The notes beneath the pieces are model-generated. The model did no database searches, was not told where the DNA came from, and was given only the letters and a program-made list of their open reading frames with translations. A stretch of 64,000 nt of DNA from Candidatus Bathyarchaeota archaeon (GTDB taxonomy: Archaea > Thermoproteota > Bathyarchaeia > Bathyarchaeales > Bathycorpusculaceae), in assembly GCA_963828195.1 (NCBI GenBank), contig CAWHDT010000003.1, positions 160,001-224,000 on the forward strand. Reading direction: 5' to 3'. Position 1 is the first letter of the stretch; every line of letters starts with the position of its first letter. The position numbers were made by a program, and so were the translations under genes. Of the stretch, positions 10,069 to 18,442 are shown piece by piece.

Positions 10069-10976
10069 AGGAGCCCAGCAGCGTTAAAGAGGAAATTGAG
10101 TTTTGGCGTTGGCGCGAGTACAACCGCGTAGTGCCTGGCAAAAAGTGGTGCAGCAAAGACTTAATCACTGCAGGTGTTGACGTGGGCTCTGTGGGTTCTA
10201 AAGCAGCTATAATGGTGAATGGCGAAGCGTACTCTTGGGGGATAACGCGAACTGGCTCCAACAGTCCCGAGAGTGCAACCAAAGCTTTGAACCTTGCATT
10301 AGAAGGAACCGGACTTAAGGGAAGCGACCTAAAATACATCGTAGGCACAGGCTATGGACGAGTAAATGTTCCCATGGCTAACAAGGCGATTACGGAGATT
10401 GCTTGCCACGCTAAAGGCGCCAACTTTATTTGGGGACCAAGCGTGCGCACCGTGCTGGATGTCGGCGGTCAAGACATCAAAGCTATTCGCTGCGATGAAA
10501 CGGGTAGAGTGGTTTCTTTTTTGATGAATGACAAATGCGCGGCGGGAACTGGCAGAGGCATGGAGGTGTTTGCTGATTTGCTAAAGATTCCAATTGAGGA
10601 AATCGGCGCTATCTCACTGATGGTTGATGTCGAGCCGCCGCCGGTAAGTTGCACCTGTGTGGCTTTTGCGAAAACTGAGGCTATGGGGCTTTTGCGTAAA
10701 GGCTGGTCTAAAGAGAAGGTTTTGGCTGCTTACACGCGGGCTATGGCTGTCCGCATGGCTAACCTGATTAACAGAGTGGGCTTAGAGAAGGAGCTTGTTG
10801 TCACAGGTGGTCAATCCAAGAACATCGGGATCGTGAGCAGAATCGAAGTTAATTTGGGCGTAAAGTGTTTGCCGATGCCTAACTGGCGCGACAATGGTTT
10901 AGATCCGATGGTTGCGGGTGCGTTTGGCGCCGCGCTTTTCGGCAAAGCCCTCTACGAGAAGGCACAGAAATCTTAA
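10065..10976 (+). CDS. ASKHA-type ATP-dependent activase (BzdQ-like)
   Basis: N-terminal EFWRWRE, GVDVGS, GTGYGR, EIACHAKG, DVGGQD and NDKCAAGTGR motifs. Confidence 0.9.
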   Translation: MKEPSSVKEEIEFWRWREYNRVVPGKKWCSKDLITAGVDVGSVGSKAAIMVNGEAYSWGITRTGSNSPESATKALNLALEGTGLKGSDLKYIVGTGYGRVNVPMANKAITEIACHAKGANFIWGPSVRTVLDVGGQDIKAIRCDETGRVVSFLMNDKCAAGTGRGMEVFADLLKIPIEEIGAISLMVDVEPPPVSCTCVAFAKTEAMGLLRKGWSKEKVLAAYTRAMAVRMANLINRVGLEKELVVTGGQSKNIGIVSRIEVNLGVKCLPMPNWRDNGLDPMVAGAFGAALFGKALYEKAQKS

Positions 10977-10992
10977 CTGGAGGTCAAAAGCC

Positions 10993-11280
10993 ATCATCAC
11001 GCACTACGGCTACAGCGACGGTTCAGGCGAATACTACATAACCATCGACACTGACAAGTGCAGCGGCTGCGGCAAATGCGTCAAGCAGTGCCCACAATCT
11101 GCGCTTCAGCTGGAAACGATGTTTATTGACCTGGAAGATAAAACCGTCGTCTCAGTTGCGGAGGAGCATCGGAGAAAAATAAAGTACACTTGCTCATCAT
11201 GCAAACCCGAAACCAACACGGCTCCATGCGTTATAGCTTGCAAAGCCAAAGCAGTCAACTGCACGTGGAAACCGCAATAA
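10993..11280 (+). CDS. BzdM-like ferredoxin (probable ATC start)
   Basis: (M)ITHYGYSDGSGEYYITIDTDKCSGCGKCVKQCP...CSSC...CVIAC; GGAGGT 8 nt upstream of ATC at 10993. Confidence 0.85.
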   Translation: MITHYGYSDGSGEYYITIDTDKCSGCGKCVKQCPQSALQLETMFIDLEDKTVVSVAEEHRRKIKYTCSSCKPETNTAPCVIACKAKAVNCTWKPQ

Positions 11281-11504
11281 CAGGCATTGCAGCGAGATTT
11301 GGGTGATTTTGCACAGTACAAGGTTTTTTCTATGTCGCTGTGCTGTTTAGACCTAAAATTTTAGGCTGGCATTCAAATAGGAGGATGGCATTGCAGAGCG
11401 GCTTGCTGATTGCATAATTTTAAATATTTGTTTTGTCTTAAGTCTTATTTAAAGCGATTTTAACTTGTTCACTTAAGTTCCAACCAAGAGGCGCAAAAAG
11501 TAAA

Positions 11505-12536
11505 ATGGCTACCTCAAAGTACCCTACGGGCAAATGGATAAAATCATCGAGTAACAGGTTCTTTTCTAACAGAGAATTCTTAACTCACTCAGTTGAAGTA
11601 AACTCTTCCGCATCCTCCCTGGGCAAGGTTGCCTCAGATCAAAATAACCAATCGGAAAAGAACACTCAACCCGCGTACCTGCTAAGAACAGTTTCAACTG
11701 AAGATTGCTTCCGTTTTTACAGTGCAGTTGGGAAATTCACTGGGGAAACCGCGTGCAGCACCGTTGACTTCGCCGCGAAACTGCAAACAATCCCCATTGA
11801 CTCGGTAACTTTTCATTTTCTACACCAAGATTTCCAAAAATGGTTCAGAGACACCATCGGCGACGAAAAATTAGCCGACAGAATTGACCAGATCAAAGCA
11901 GGTTTGCAAGGCGAAGACTTGAGAAATGAGCTTTTGAAAAAGGTTCAGAACCGCACAGCTGAATTAAATATGACGCCGGAAGATCTGCGCGTGGCATGGC
12001 GAGTGGCGGCTTACACCATCATCGTATTTGCAGTCATAACTTACTTTTTTGTTGGCGTGTGGCCGTCAAAAACAGAAGACATCGCGTTAAACGCAACAAC
12101 AAGGCAGGTAACACTGTATGGGACGGGCGTACGTTTCCCAATCGGCGCCGAAACCACGCTTGTATTCGTAATGATGTTTGCTGGAATAATGGGCGCGTGC
12201 GTCTTTTCGCTTTTCGCGATTTCACATCATCTTGGAGCCGACAAAGACTTCGATAAAACTTGGCAAGCATGGTACCTGCTAAGGCCCATTATCGGCGGAG
12301 GACTCGCCTTAATCTTCTATTTTCTGTTGCGTGGCGGAGTGCTCTCAATCGGGGCAAACCTGAACAGTTTGAACCTTGTAGGGCTTGCAGCCGTGTCTGG
12401 GCTGGTCGGCATGTTTGCTGAGCACGCCATGCATAAACTTCAAGACTTAGCAGACACCCTGTTTGGAGCAGCCCCCGAAAACGCGCAAACAACAGCCAGC
12501 ACCACACCACCAGCGTCCGCTAATGCAAATTCGTAA
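11505..12536 (+). CDS. DUF5752-like domain fused to a multi-TM membrane domain
   Basis: FRFYSAVGKFTGETA...FHF...DFQKWFRDTIGDEKLA domain, then about four TM helices including WYLLRPIIG. Confidence 0.75.
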   Translation: MATSKYPTGKWIKSSSNRFFSNREFLTHSVEVNSSASSLGKVASDQNNQSEKNTQPAYLLRTVSTEDCFRFYSAVGKFTGETACSTVDFAAKLQTIPIDSVTFHFLHQDFQKWFRDTIGDEKLADRIDQIKAGLQGEDLRNELLKKVQNRTAELNMTPEDLRVAWRVAAYTIIVFAVITYFFVGVWPSKTEDIALNATTRQVTLYGTGVRFPIGAETTLVFVMMFAGIMGACVFSLFAISHHLGADKDFDKTWQAWYLLRPIIGGGLALIFYFLLRGGVLSIGANLNSLNLVGLAAVSGLVGMFAEHAMHKLQDLADTLFGAAPENAQTTASTTPPASANANS

Positions 12537-12656
12537 ATTGGCTTAAGACTTGAGCAGGGCGGATGCAGTAATAATATTTTCTTAAAAAGACAGCGCCCGC
12601 AAAGCAAAGGTTTTCCCCTGGTTTTTGTGAAGGCTGTTGCTAAGATGGACTTCAGG

Positions 12657-13610
12657 CTAAAATTTCGTTAAGTCAAAGCCTACCCTTTTAGATAATTTTG
12701 CCAGATCATTTAGGACATAGACAAACGCATATCCTCTCCAGCTTCCCCATCTTTCCTGCGCAATCGCTGTGAGATTAGTTATGGCTTCTCGCGAATCATC
12801 AGGTTCTTTGCCGAAGAAGAGGACATAAAAGATTTTGGCGCTCCAAGAATCCAGTGGAAAACCCATCTGAGGCATCACAAGTTCCGCTGAATAATTGCCG
12901 ATCCCTCGAAGCGTAAGAAGCATTTTCTTTGCTTCTTCAGGCTCCATACCGTACAGCTCGTCCATTGTGGGGAAGCCTTGGATCAACGTTTTCGCTATGC
13001 TTACGAGGTTTTGGGCTCTGTATCCGAGTTTAGCTTCTGTTTTCAGTTCTTGAAGCGATTTGGAAGCTATGGTTTGGGCTGAAGGCCAGTATCGGATTGT
13101 TTCTCCGTCAAAGTTGGCTTGGTCACCGTATTTAGCGGTTAATAGCTCCATCATTTGGTTACTTCTTTTCATAGGCGCCATCTGAAGGGTAACAGCTAAA
13201 ATCAACGCGGGAAACAGTTCTGGCCAACCGACCGTGTGCATGCCGTAGAGGTCATCGACGACATCTCGCAGGATAGGGTCTTTTCGACTGAGCTCATAGA
13301 AACCTGTTAGGTCCTCGTCGGTTTTGAGCGCCCGCTTCAACATATGCTTAATGACCTGTTTTTCCGAGACGCCTACTTTGGTTTCGGAGTAGATTGTGCA
13401 GTAAATTTGCGGTTCATCTGTTGTTCCTGATGAGCGTAGTTTTAAGCCTAAAAGCTCGTTGTTGAATCGTGTTACGCTCCAACATGTGTCGTCCCTGAAG
13501 TCTTCATCTGGTGCGGACCACCACCAACCGGCAGGCTTACGAAGAGTAAGTTCAAAATTGTACGGCGGAACCGCATCAATCTTAAAAGAATATTTTTCTT
13601 TCAAGTTCAA
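12657..13610 (-). CDS. alkA: AlkA/OGG-like HhH-GPD DNA glycosylase
   Basis: LGYRA, LLTLRGIGNYSAE (HhH), FPLD, WGSWRGYA. Confidence 0.85.
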   Translation of the reverse strand: MNLKEKYSFKIDAVPPYNFELTLRKPAGWWWSAPDEDFRDDTCWSVTRFNNELLGLKLRSSGTTDEPQIYCTIYSETKVGVSEKQVIKHMLKRALKTDEDLTGFYELSRKDPILRDVVDDLYGMHTVGWPELFPALILAVTLQMAPMKRSNQMMELLTAKYGDQANFDGETIRYWPSAQTIASKSLQELKTEAKLGYRAQNLVSIAKTLIQGFPTMDELYGMEPEEAKKMLLTLRGIGNYSAELVMPQMGFPLDSWSAKIFYVLFFGKEPDDSREAITNLTAIAQERWGSWRGYAFVYVLNDLAKLSKRVGFDLTKF

Positions 13611-13754
13611 GATGAAACCCTCAGCAGTAATAATTCAACACTTTCATACCTAAAAAAAATAAACCCACAACACAGATAAAAGTAATGGTTTAAGAAAAAT
13701 CATATAAACTATTTGCGATGTATCTCTACACTCAGAGAAGTGGAGGGCCGAGTT

Positions 13755-15428
13755 ATGAGTAAAAAAATTTTATTCGCAATCCTAACCTTGATTTTCTTAG
13801 TCAGCATGATAGTTTCTATTTTCCTTGGAACATTAAATGTGACCAAAGCCCAAAGCAGCGACGGTAACGGGGACCCCAACTCATGGCTCATGTTCCGCAA
13901 TAATTTAGTTCACACAGGCTTTTCCACGACCGCCAACCCTCCAACAACAAATCAAACTATATGGAGCTACAAAACAGGCTCCTACGTGGAGTCATCACCT
14001 ACAATAGCCAACAGCACAGTTTTTGTTGGCTCTGGCGACGACAACATCTATGCTTTGAACGCGCTGACAGGCACTAAAATATGGAACTACTCGACGAATG
14101 CTGCAGTTGTTTCTTCTCCTGCAGTCGCCAATGGCATTGTCTTTGTAGGTTCCGAGGACCACAATGTTTATGCTTTGAACGAAACTGATGGAACAAAACT
14201 CTGGAATTTTACAACTGGCAACATGGTTGATTCCTCCCCAGCAATTGCCAGCGGCATAGTATACGTAGGTTCATGGGACGACAATGTTTATGCCATAAAC
14301 TGTTCTACCGGAGCCAAACTTTGGAATTACACTACTGGAAGCGCAGTTTATTCATCTCCCGCTGTTGATGACGGAGTAGTTTATGTAGGCTCCTTTGACG
14401 GCAACATATACGCTTTAAATGCAGTAAGCGGCGCTCAGGTATGGAACTCCACAATAAAAGGTTATGTAGTGCATTCTTCGCCCGCCGTTGCTGTCGGCCT
14501 AGTTTATGTAGGCTCGGACAATGGTAACTTTTATGCTTTGAATGCCGCAACTGGCAAACAAACATGGAACTTTACAACAGGTAGTGCAGTGGAATCTTCC
14601 CCCGTTTTTGCAGGAACAGCAGTATATGTGGGCTCATTTGATGACAATGTTTACGCTTTGAATTATACAACAGGCGCAAAAATATGGAACTTCACAACGG
14701 GGAGTGCCGTGTTTTCGTCTCCCGCTATTGCCAACGGCATACTGTACGTAGGCTCAAATGACGGTAACATGTATGCTTTGAATGCTTCAACAGGCACGAA
14801 AATATGGAGCTACTCAACCAGTAGCGTGTTATCATCTCCTGCTATTGCAGATGGCATTGTCTACGTAGGTTCGTTTAACGATTACGTTTACGCGTTTGAG
14901 ACAATTTTGATTGCTCCTTCTACGTCAACTTCTTCCAGCACAGTATTTCAAGGCCAAACAAGTAGTTTGACTTCTACTATGGTCACAACAGGCACTTCAC
15001 CTTATAGTTATCAGTGGTTTAGTGAGTCTCCTGGGGCATCCTCTTACTCGTTAATTAGCGGAGCAAGCTCGCCAAATTACAACTTTGTAACCTCAGCTTC
15101 AACCGCTACAGGTAACTGGAACTTCGTACTTCAAGTAACCGATAGCACTGCAGCGACCGTGAGCTCAAATGTTACATCTGTAACAGTGAATGCGCCTGCG
15201 CCAACTTCAACTCCAACTGCATCTCCAAATCCAACTCCATCGCCGCATGTAACCGCGACTCCTATTTCGTCTCCAAAACCAAATGCTTCGCCCACTCCAA
15301 GCCCAACAAAAACTGTGCCCGAGTTCAACATTGAGGCTGCAATTTTTGTGTTGACATTGACCTCTTGTGCGATTGCGTTGGGATCAAGAAAAATGACTAT
15401 AATCCGCTTTGAACCAAGCCAGAAATGA
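13755..15428 (+). CDS. PQQ-like (BamB-type) beta-propeller surface protein with PEF-CTERM-like anchor
   Basis: Eight SSPA.A.G.VYVGS.D..VYALNA.TG..W repeats, PT linker, VPEF + TM helix. GGAGGG upstream of ATG 13755. Confidence 0.92.
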   Translation: MSKKILFAILTLIFLVSMIVSIFLGTLNVTKAQSSDGNGDPNSWLMFRNNLVHTGFSTTANPPTTNQTIWSYKTGSYVESSPTIANSTVFVGSGDDNIYALNALTGTKIWNYSTNAAVVSSPAVANGIVFVGSEDHNVYALNETDGTKLWNFTTGNMVDSSPAIASGIVYVGSWDDNVYAINCSTGAKLWNYTTGSAVYSSPAVDDGVVYVGSFDGNIYALNAVSGAQVWNSTIKGYVVHSSPAVAVGLVYVGSDNGNFYALNAATGKQTWNFTTGSAVESSPVFAGTAVYVGSFDDNVYALNYTTGAKIWNFTTGSAVFSSPAIANGILYVGSNDGNMYALNASTGTKIWSYSTSSVLSSPAIADGIVYVGSFNDYVYAFETILIAPSTSTSSSTVFQGQTSSLTSTMVTTGTSPYSYQWFSESPGASSYSLISGASSPNYNFVTSASTATGNWNFVLQVTDSTAATVSSNVTSVTVNAPAPTSTPTASPNPTPSPHVTATPISSPKPNASPTPSPTKTVPEFNIEAAIFVLTLTSCAIALGSRKMTIIRFEPSQK

Positions 15429-15526
15429 GCAGAAACGAGTAAAAAACAAAAACTCAAGGTTTCAGTTAACTTAATGAGTTATAGTTTGAATTTATAGCCA
15501 AGCCAAATTTTTGGGTTGCCACCAAG

Positions 15527-15552
15527 TTGTGGCTTTGCAGTTACAGTCACAA
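15527..15552 (+). promoter_or_regulatory. 26-bp motif abutting a TATA box (site 2 of 5)
   Basis: TTGTGGCTTTGCAGTTACAGTCACAA followed by ATGTTTAAGA. Confidence 0.7.
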
Positions 15553-15593
15553 ATGTTTAAGAATTAATGTCTGTACTTGCTGGGTTATTGTAA

Positions 15594-16136
15594 TTGTTGA
15601 TTTTTTCGGGAGGTGTGTGTGTGTCAAAAATTAATCCTGGGTCAAACATCTACGGAGACAATGATACTAAAAGTGCACGTCCGGGAGGAATGCAAGACAT
15701 TGACATCATGGAGCCCTCAATTGACGACAAGAAGAAACTTCATTGCCCACAATGTGACAGAGTTTTTGCATCAAGAGAAGACTACATCAGCCACGCTTTA
15801 TCTAAACATCAAACCAGCCAGCTGAAGCAAGTGAACACGTCTTTAGATATGGTGCCATACAATAATGGTTTTCATTTTTTCACATCTATAGGCCGCTACA
15901 CAGGAGAAACAGCTGTCAGTTTATCAACCTTTGCCAAAGACGTTGAGGTCGTGCCGATTGAGTCAATTGATTTTCACTTCAAAAGAGGCGACTTTCAGAA
16001 GTGGCTAAAAGATACAATTGGAGATACCGAATTGGCGAAAGCAATCGAAAATGTGGAGAAAGAACCTGCAGGCGAGCCATTAAGACAAAGACTTCTGGCG
16101 GTCATAAATGCACGAGTAAATGAACTTAAAAAATAA
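15594..16136 (+). CDS. C2H2 zinc finger plus DUF5752-like domain protein
   Basis: CPQCDRVFASREDYISHALSKH, then GFHFFTSIGRYTGETA...FHFKRGDFQKWLKDTIGD. Confidence 0.8.
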   Translation: MLIFSGGVCVSKINPGSNIYGDNDTKSARPGGMQDIDIMEPSIDDKKKLHCPQCDRVFASREDYISHALSKHQTSQLKQVNTSLDMVPYNNGFHFFTSIGRYTGETAVSLSTFAKDVEVVPIESIDFHFKRGDFQKWLKDTIGDTELAKAIENVEKEPAGEPLRQRLLAVINARVNELKK

Positions 16137-16185
16137 ACTCTAACCAGCAAGAATCTTGGCGACGAAAAAATTAAATGTTGGAGCA

Positions 16186-16818
16186 TTAAAGACCGGGGAT
16201 ATTTGTATCCACCAAGGTTATGTCCATATTGTAGGATAGGCCATCTACTGATGCTGGGGAAGTCATAACCATTTCAATGGGCCACTGAACACTATTATCA
16301 ATGTAGTAAGCAGCGCTGATACCCTGGCTATCGTATTCATAAACTGTACAGTTGCATGTCCCAAGATTCGGCAAGGTCACTTGGGTGTTATAGGTGCTAT
16401 TTAGAGTTAAACCATCAGGTTGGAAAGTCATGTTTTCCCTGCTCACCCAAGTTGTAGTAGTGTTCTCCGTTGCACCGAAGGGCGTCGACATGTTAAAGTC
16501 AGTTAAGACTTGAATGTAAGTATCGTTTAGGCCAACTATTTCCATTTTTGCGGTGAAAGAAATCGGCATTGATAGAATGCTGGTTTGGCCTTGGTAGGTC
16601 GCATAGGCTCCTATTTGAATCCATGATTGCGGGTTGTTTTGATTGTTAGTTTGACTGTTCACATCGTTATTTTGGGTGCCAGTAGTGTTTTGACCAGCCA
16701 TCAGCAATGCACTGGCTAACACCGCGCCAACAACAAGAATTATAACAGCCACTGCGATTACCGCTATTTTCTTTTTGCTGTGTGTTATGATTTTTGAATC
16801 TTGCTGATTCGTTTCCAA
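16186..16818 (-). CDS. membrane-anchored hypothetical protein
   Basis: N-terminal TM helix, N/Q/T-rich linker, beta-rich extracellular domain. Confidence 0.75.
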   Translation of the reverse strand: METNQQDSKIITHSKKKIAVIAVAVIILVVGAVLASALLMAGQNTTGTQNNDVNSQTNNQNNPQSWIQIGAYATYQGQTSILSMPISFTAKMEIVGLNDTYIQVLTDFNMSTPFGATENTTTTWVSRENMTFQPDGLTLNSTYNTQVTLPNLGTCNCTVYEYDSQGISAAYYIDNSVQWPIEMVMTSPASVDGLSYNMDITLVDTNIPGL

Positions 16819-17039
16819 TTTATGCCCCTCAATCTAATATATTGAATATTACTAAACAATATATATCTTCTGGATCACAAATAGCCAAACCAATGTTGCT
16901 TACATAACCCACCTGCATTCACATTTAATGCCCCACAATGAGCTTAAAAATAAGAAGCTTATCAGTAAAGAGGGAACCCATTTGGTACGACGCATTCTAT
17001 GCCGCACTCCACATTAGAAAGAGAAAATGGGCGCTTAAT

Positions 17040-17105
17040 TTATTTGCCCGTTTTCGCTTCGTGCTTTGCTTTTTTCGCCGCATTCTTCTTTTTTAAAGAT
17101 GGCAT
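17040..17105 (-). CDS. 21-aa lysine-rich micro-protein MPSLKKKNAAKKAKHEAKTGK
   Basis: ATG to TAA read by hand; BRE/TATA (GAAAAGTCTTTTTAG) ~25 nt upstream, as for a leaderless mRNA. Confidence 0.5.
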   Translation of the reverse strand: MPSLKKKNAAKKAKHEAKTGK

Positions 17106-17367
17106 AATGCAGTAGTGTACAGATGAAGCTAAAAAGACTTTTCACAAAAACCAACGTTTGCCATCACAAAATAAAAAATAAGCTACATCCATGTTGCCAT
17201 CTGATTCTTTTTGCGCACGTTCTTTGATTTTCAGGTAAATGTTTTTGTCAGATACGGAGCAGTTAAATCTTCGTCACTAAAACTCTTGACAACTGAAATA
17301 TTATTTTTCGGAATACGCCAAGTTTTCGAGGATTATCCGTTTTTTAAATCTGCAAACAGATAGGCGG

Positions 17368-17451
17368 TTATTGCCATTCAAGATACCAAAACATCTTCTT
17401 TACATAACTTGAACATAATTTCTCTGCCCAAGAAATCAATGTTTTTTTCAT
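17368..17451 (-). CDS. 27-aa micro-ORF MKKTLISWAEKLCSSYVKKMFWYLEWQ
   Basis: First ORF downstream of motif site 3 and its TATA box. Confidence 0.35.
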   Translation of the reverse strand: MKKTLISWAEKLCSSYVKKMFWYLEWQ

Positions 17452-17501
17452 TTATTTTTTGCCTTCACGAATTATGGAGGTAAAAAATAAGCCTTAAAGA
17501 T

Positions 17502-17527
17502 ATGTGACTGTTTAGGTGTATCCACAT
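17502..17527 (-). promoter_or_regulatory. 26-bp motif abutting a TATA box (site 3 of 5)
   Basis: Minus strand ATGTGGATACACCTAAACAGTCACAT followed by ATCTTTAAGG. Confidence 0.65.
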
Positions 17528-17641
17528 TTTCCTTCGATTTTTAACTTGAAATTTACTCTTTTTTTGTATGTTGAGAAAAACATCGAGGATCGGCAGAAAA
17601 AGCTAACGCTAATGGGGATTCTCCGGAGATGTTTGAAGTTA

Positions 17642-17854
17642 TTACATTCGGTTGAAATATTCTAGCGGGGCATACCAGGAAACTGTAATTGTTTTTTTGC
17701 AGTTGTTGCACTTAAGTTTTGTTTTAACAATCTTGCCGTAGAAACTGTTCGGAAGAGGATTTACAAATGAAAATGCGGTATGCAGCTTATCAGGCGGCTC
17801 AACTTCAAGGATTTCATTGCAGAAGGGACACTCGAGGGTAGCCATCACATCCAC
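17642..17854 (-). CDS. small zinc-ribbon protein
   Basis: CPFC...CNNC pairs; GGAAGGTGG SD-like sequence upstream. Confidence 0.75.
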   Translation of the reverse strand: MDVMATLECPFCNEILEVEPPDKLHTAFSFVNPLPNSFYGKIVKTKLKCNNCKKTITVSWYAPLEYFNRM

Positions 17855-18063
17855 CTTCCACTAATAATACCCTACTCTAAGGTAAAAAATTTGCGATGCC
17901 ATATCACAACAAAAAGCCCTCGCACTCGATTGTCAAGTTAGAAACCCCGTTTTTCTTTACAAAATCCGAAGTAATTTTCAATGGGTAATGTTTCTCGCTC
18001 AAATATCGGAATTTGCCATCGCGCTGCCTTCGAACCCGGCATGGATAATTCTTTAATCTTAAG

Positions 18064-18384
18064 CTATTTCTTCGTGATTTCAACAAGTATTTTCCCATTT
18101 TCGATTTTGCATCGGTAACATTCCAGTTTTACTTGAGGAATTTCCTGGTATTGCCCATTTCGAACGTCAAATTTCCAGCCATGACACGGGCACATAACAA
18201 TGTAGCCTGCAAGGATTCCCCTTTCAAAAGAGCACCCCTCATGCGGGCAAAAGTTTGAAACCCCAAAAACTTCGTCGCCCACTCGCACCAGCAAAATCGG
18301 TTTGCCCTTGATGCGGACGGGTTTCATGTGGCCATCTTTGAGTTCGCTCTCTTTTATGCTGGAGACAAAATCGTTTTTGCTCAT
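18064..18384 (-). CDS. Rieske [2Fe-2S] ferredoxin
   Basis: CPH...CPCHGWKFD motifs. Confidence 0.93.
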   Translation of the reverse strand: MSKNDFVSSIKESELKDGHMKPVRIKGKPILLVRVGDEVFGVSNFCPHEGCSFERGILAGYIVMCPCHGWKFDVRNGQYQEIPQVKLECYRCKIENGKILVEITKK

Positions 18385-18442
18385 GCGTTTGCCTTCAAAC
18401 TACTTTGCTCGGCAAAGAAAAAAATTGTTCGTCATGACACGT

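Noticed and set aside
10912-10992. ORF-track N-terminal extension of the ferredoxin
   Set aside because: Overlaps the upstream activase; the SD position and homolog N-termini point to 10993.
14000-14900. Regularly spaced ~120-nt repeats, possible CRISPR or DGR
   Set aside because: They are coding beta-propeller blades with synonymous divergence; no identical repeats or spacers.
17904-18098. 64-aa ORF overlapping the Rieske gene 3' end
   Set aside because: No motif, and the start overlaps the Rieske gene by 35 nt; insufficient support.
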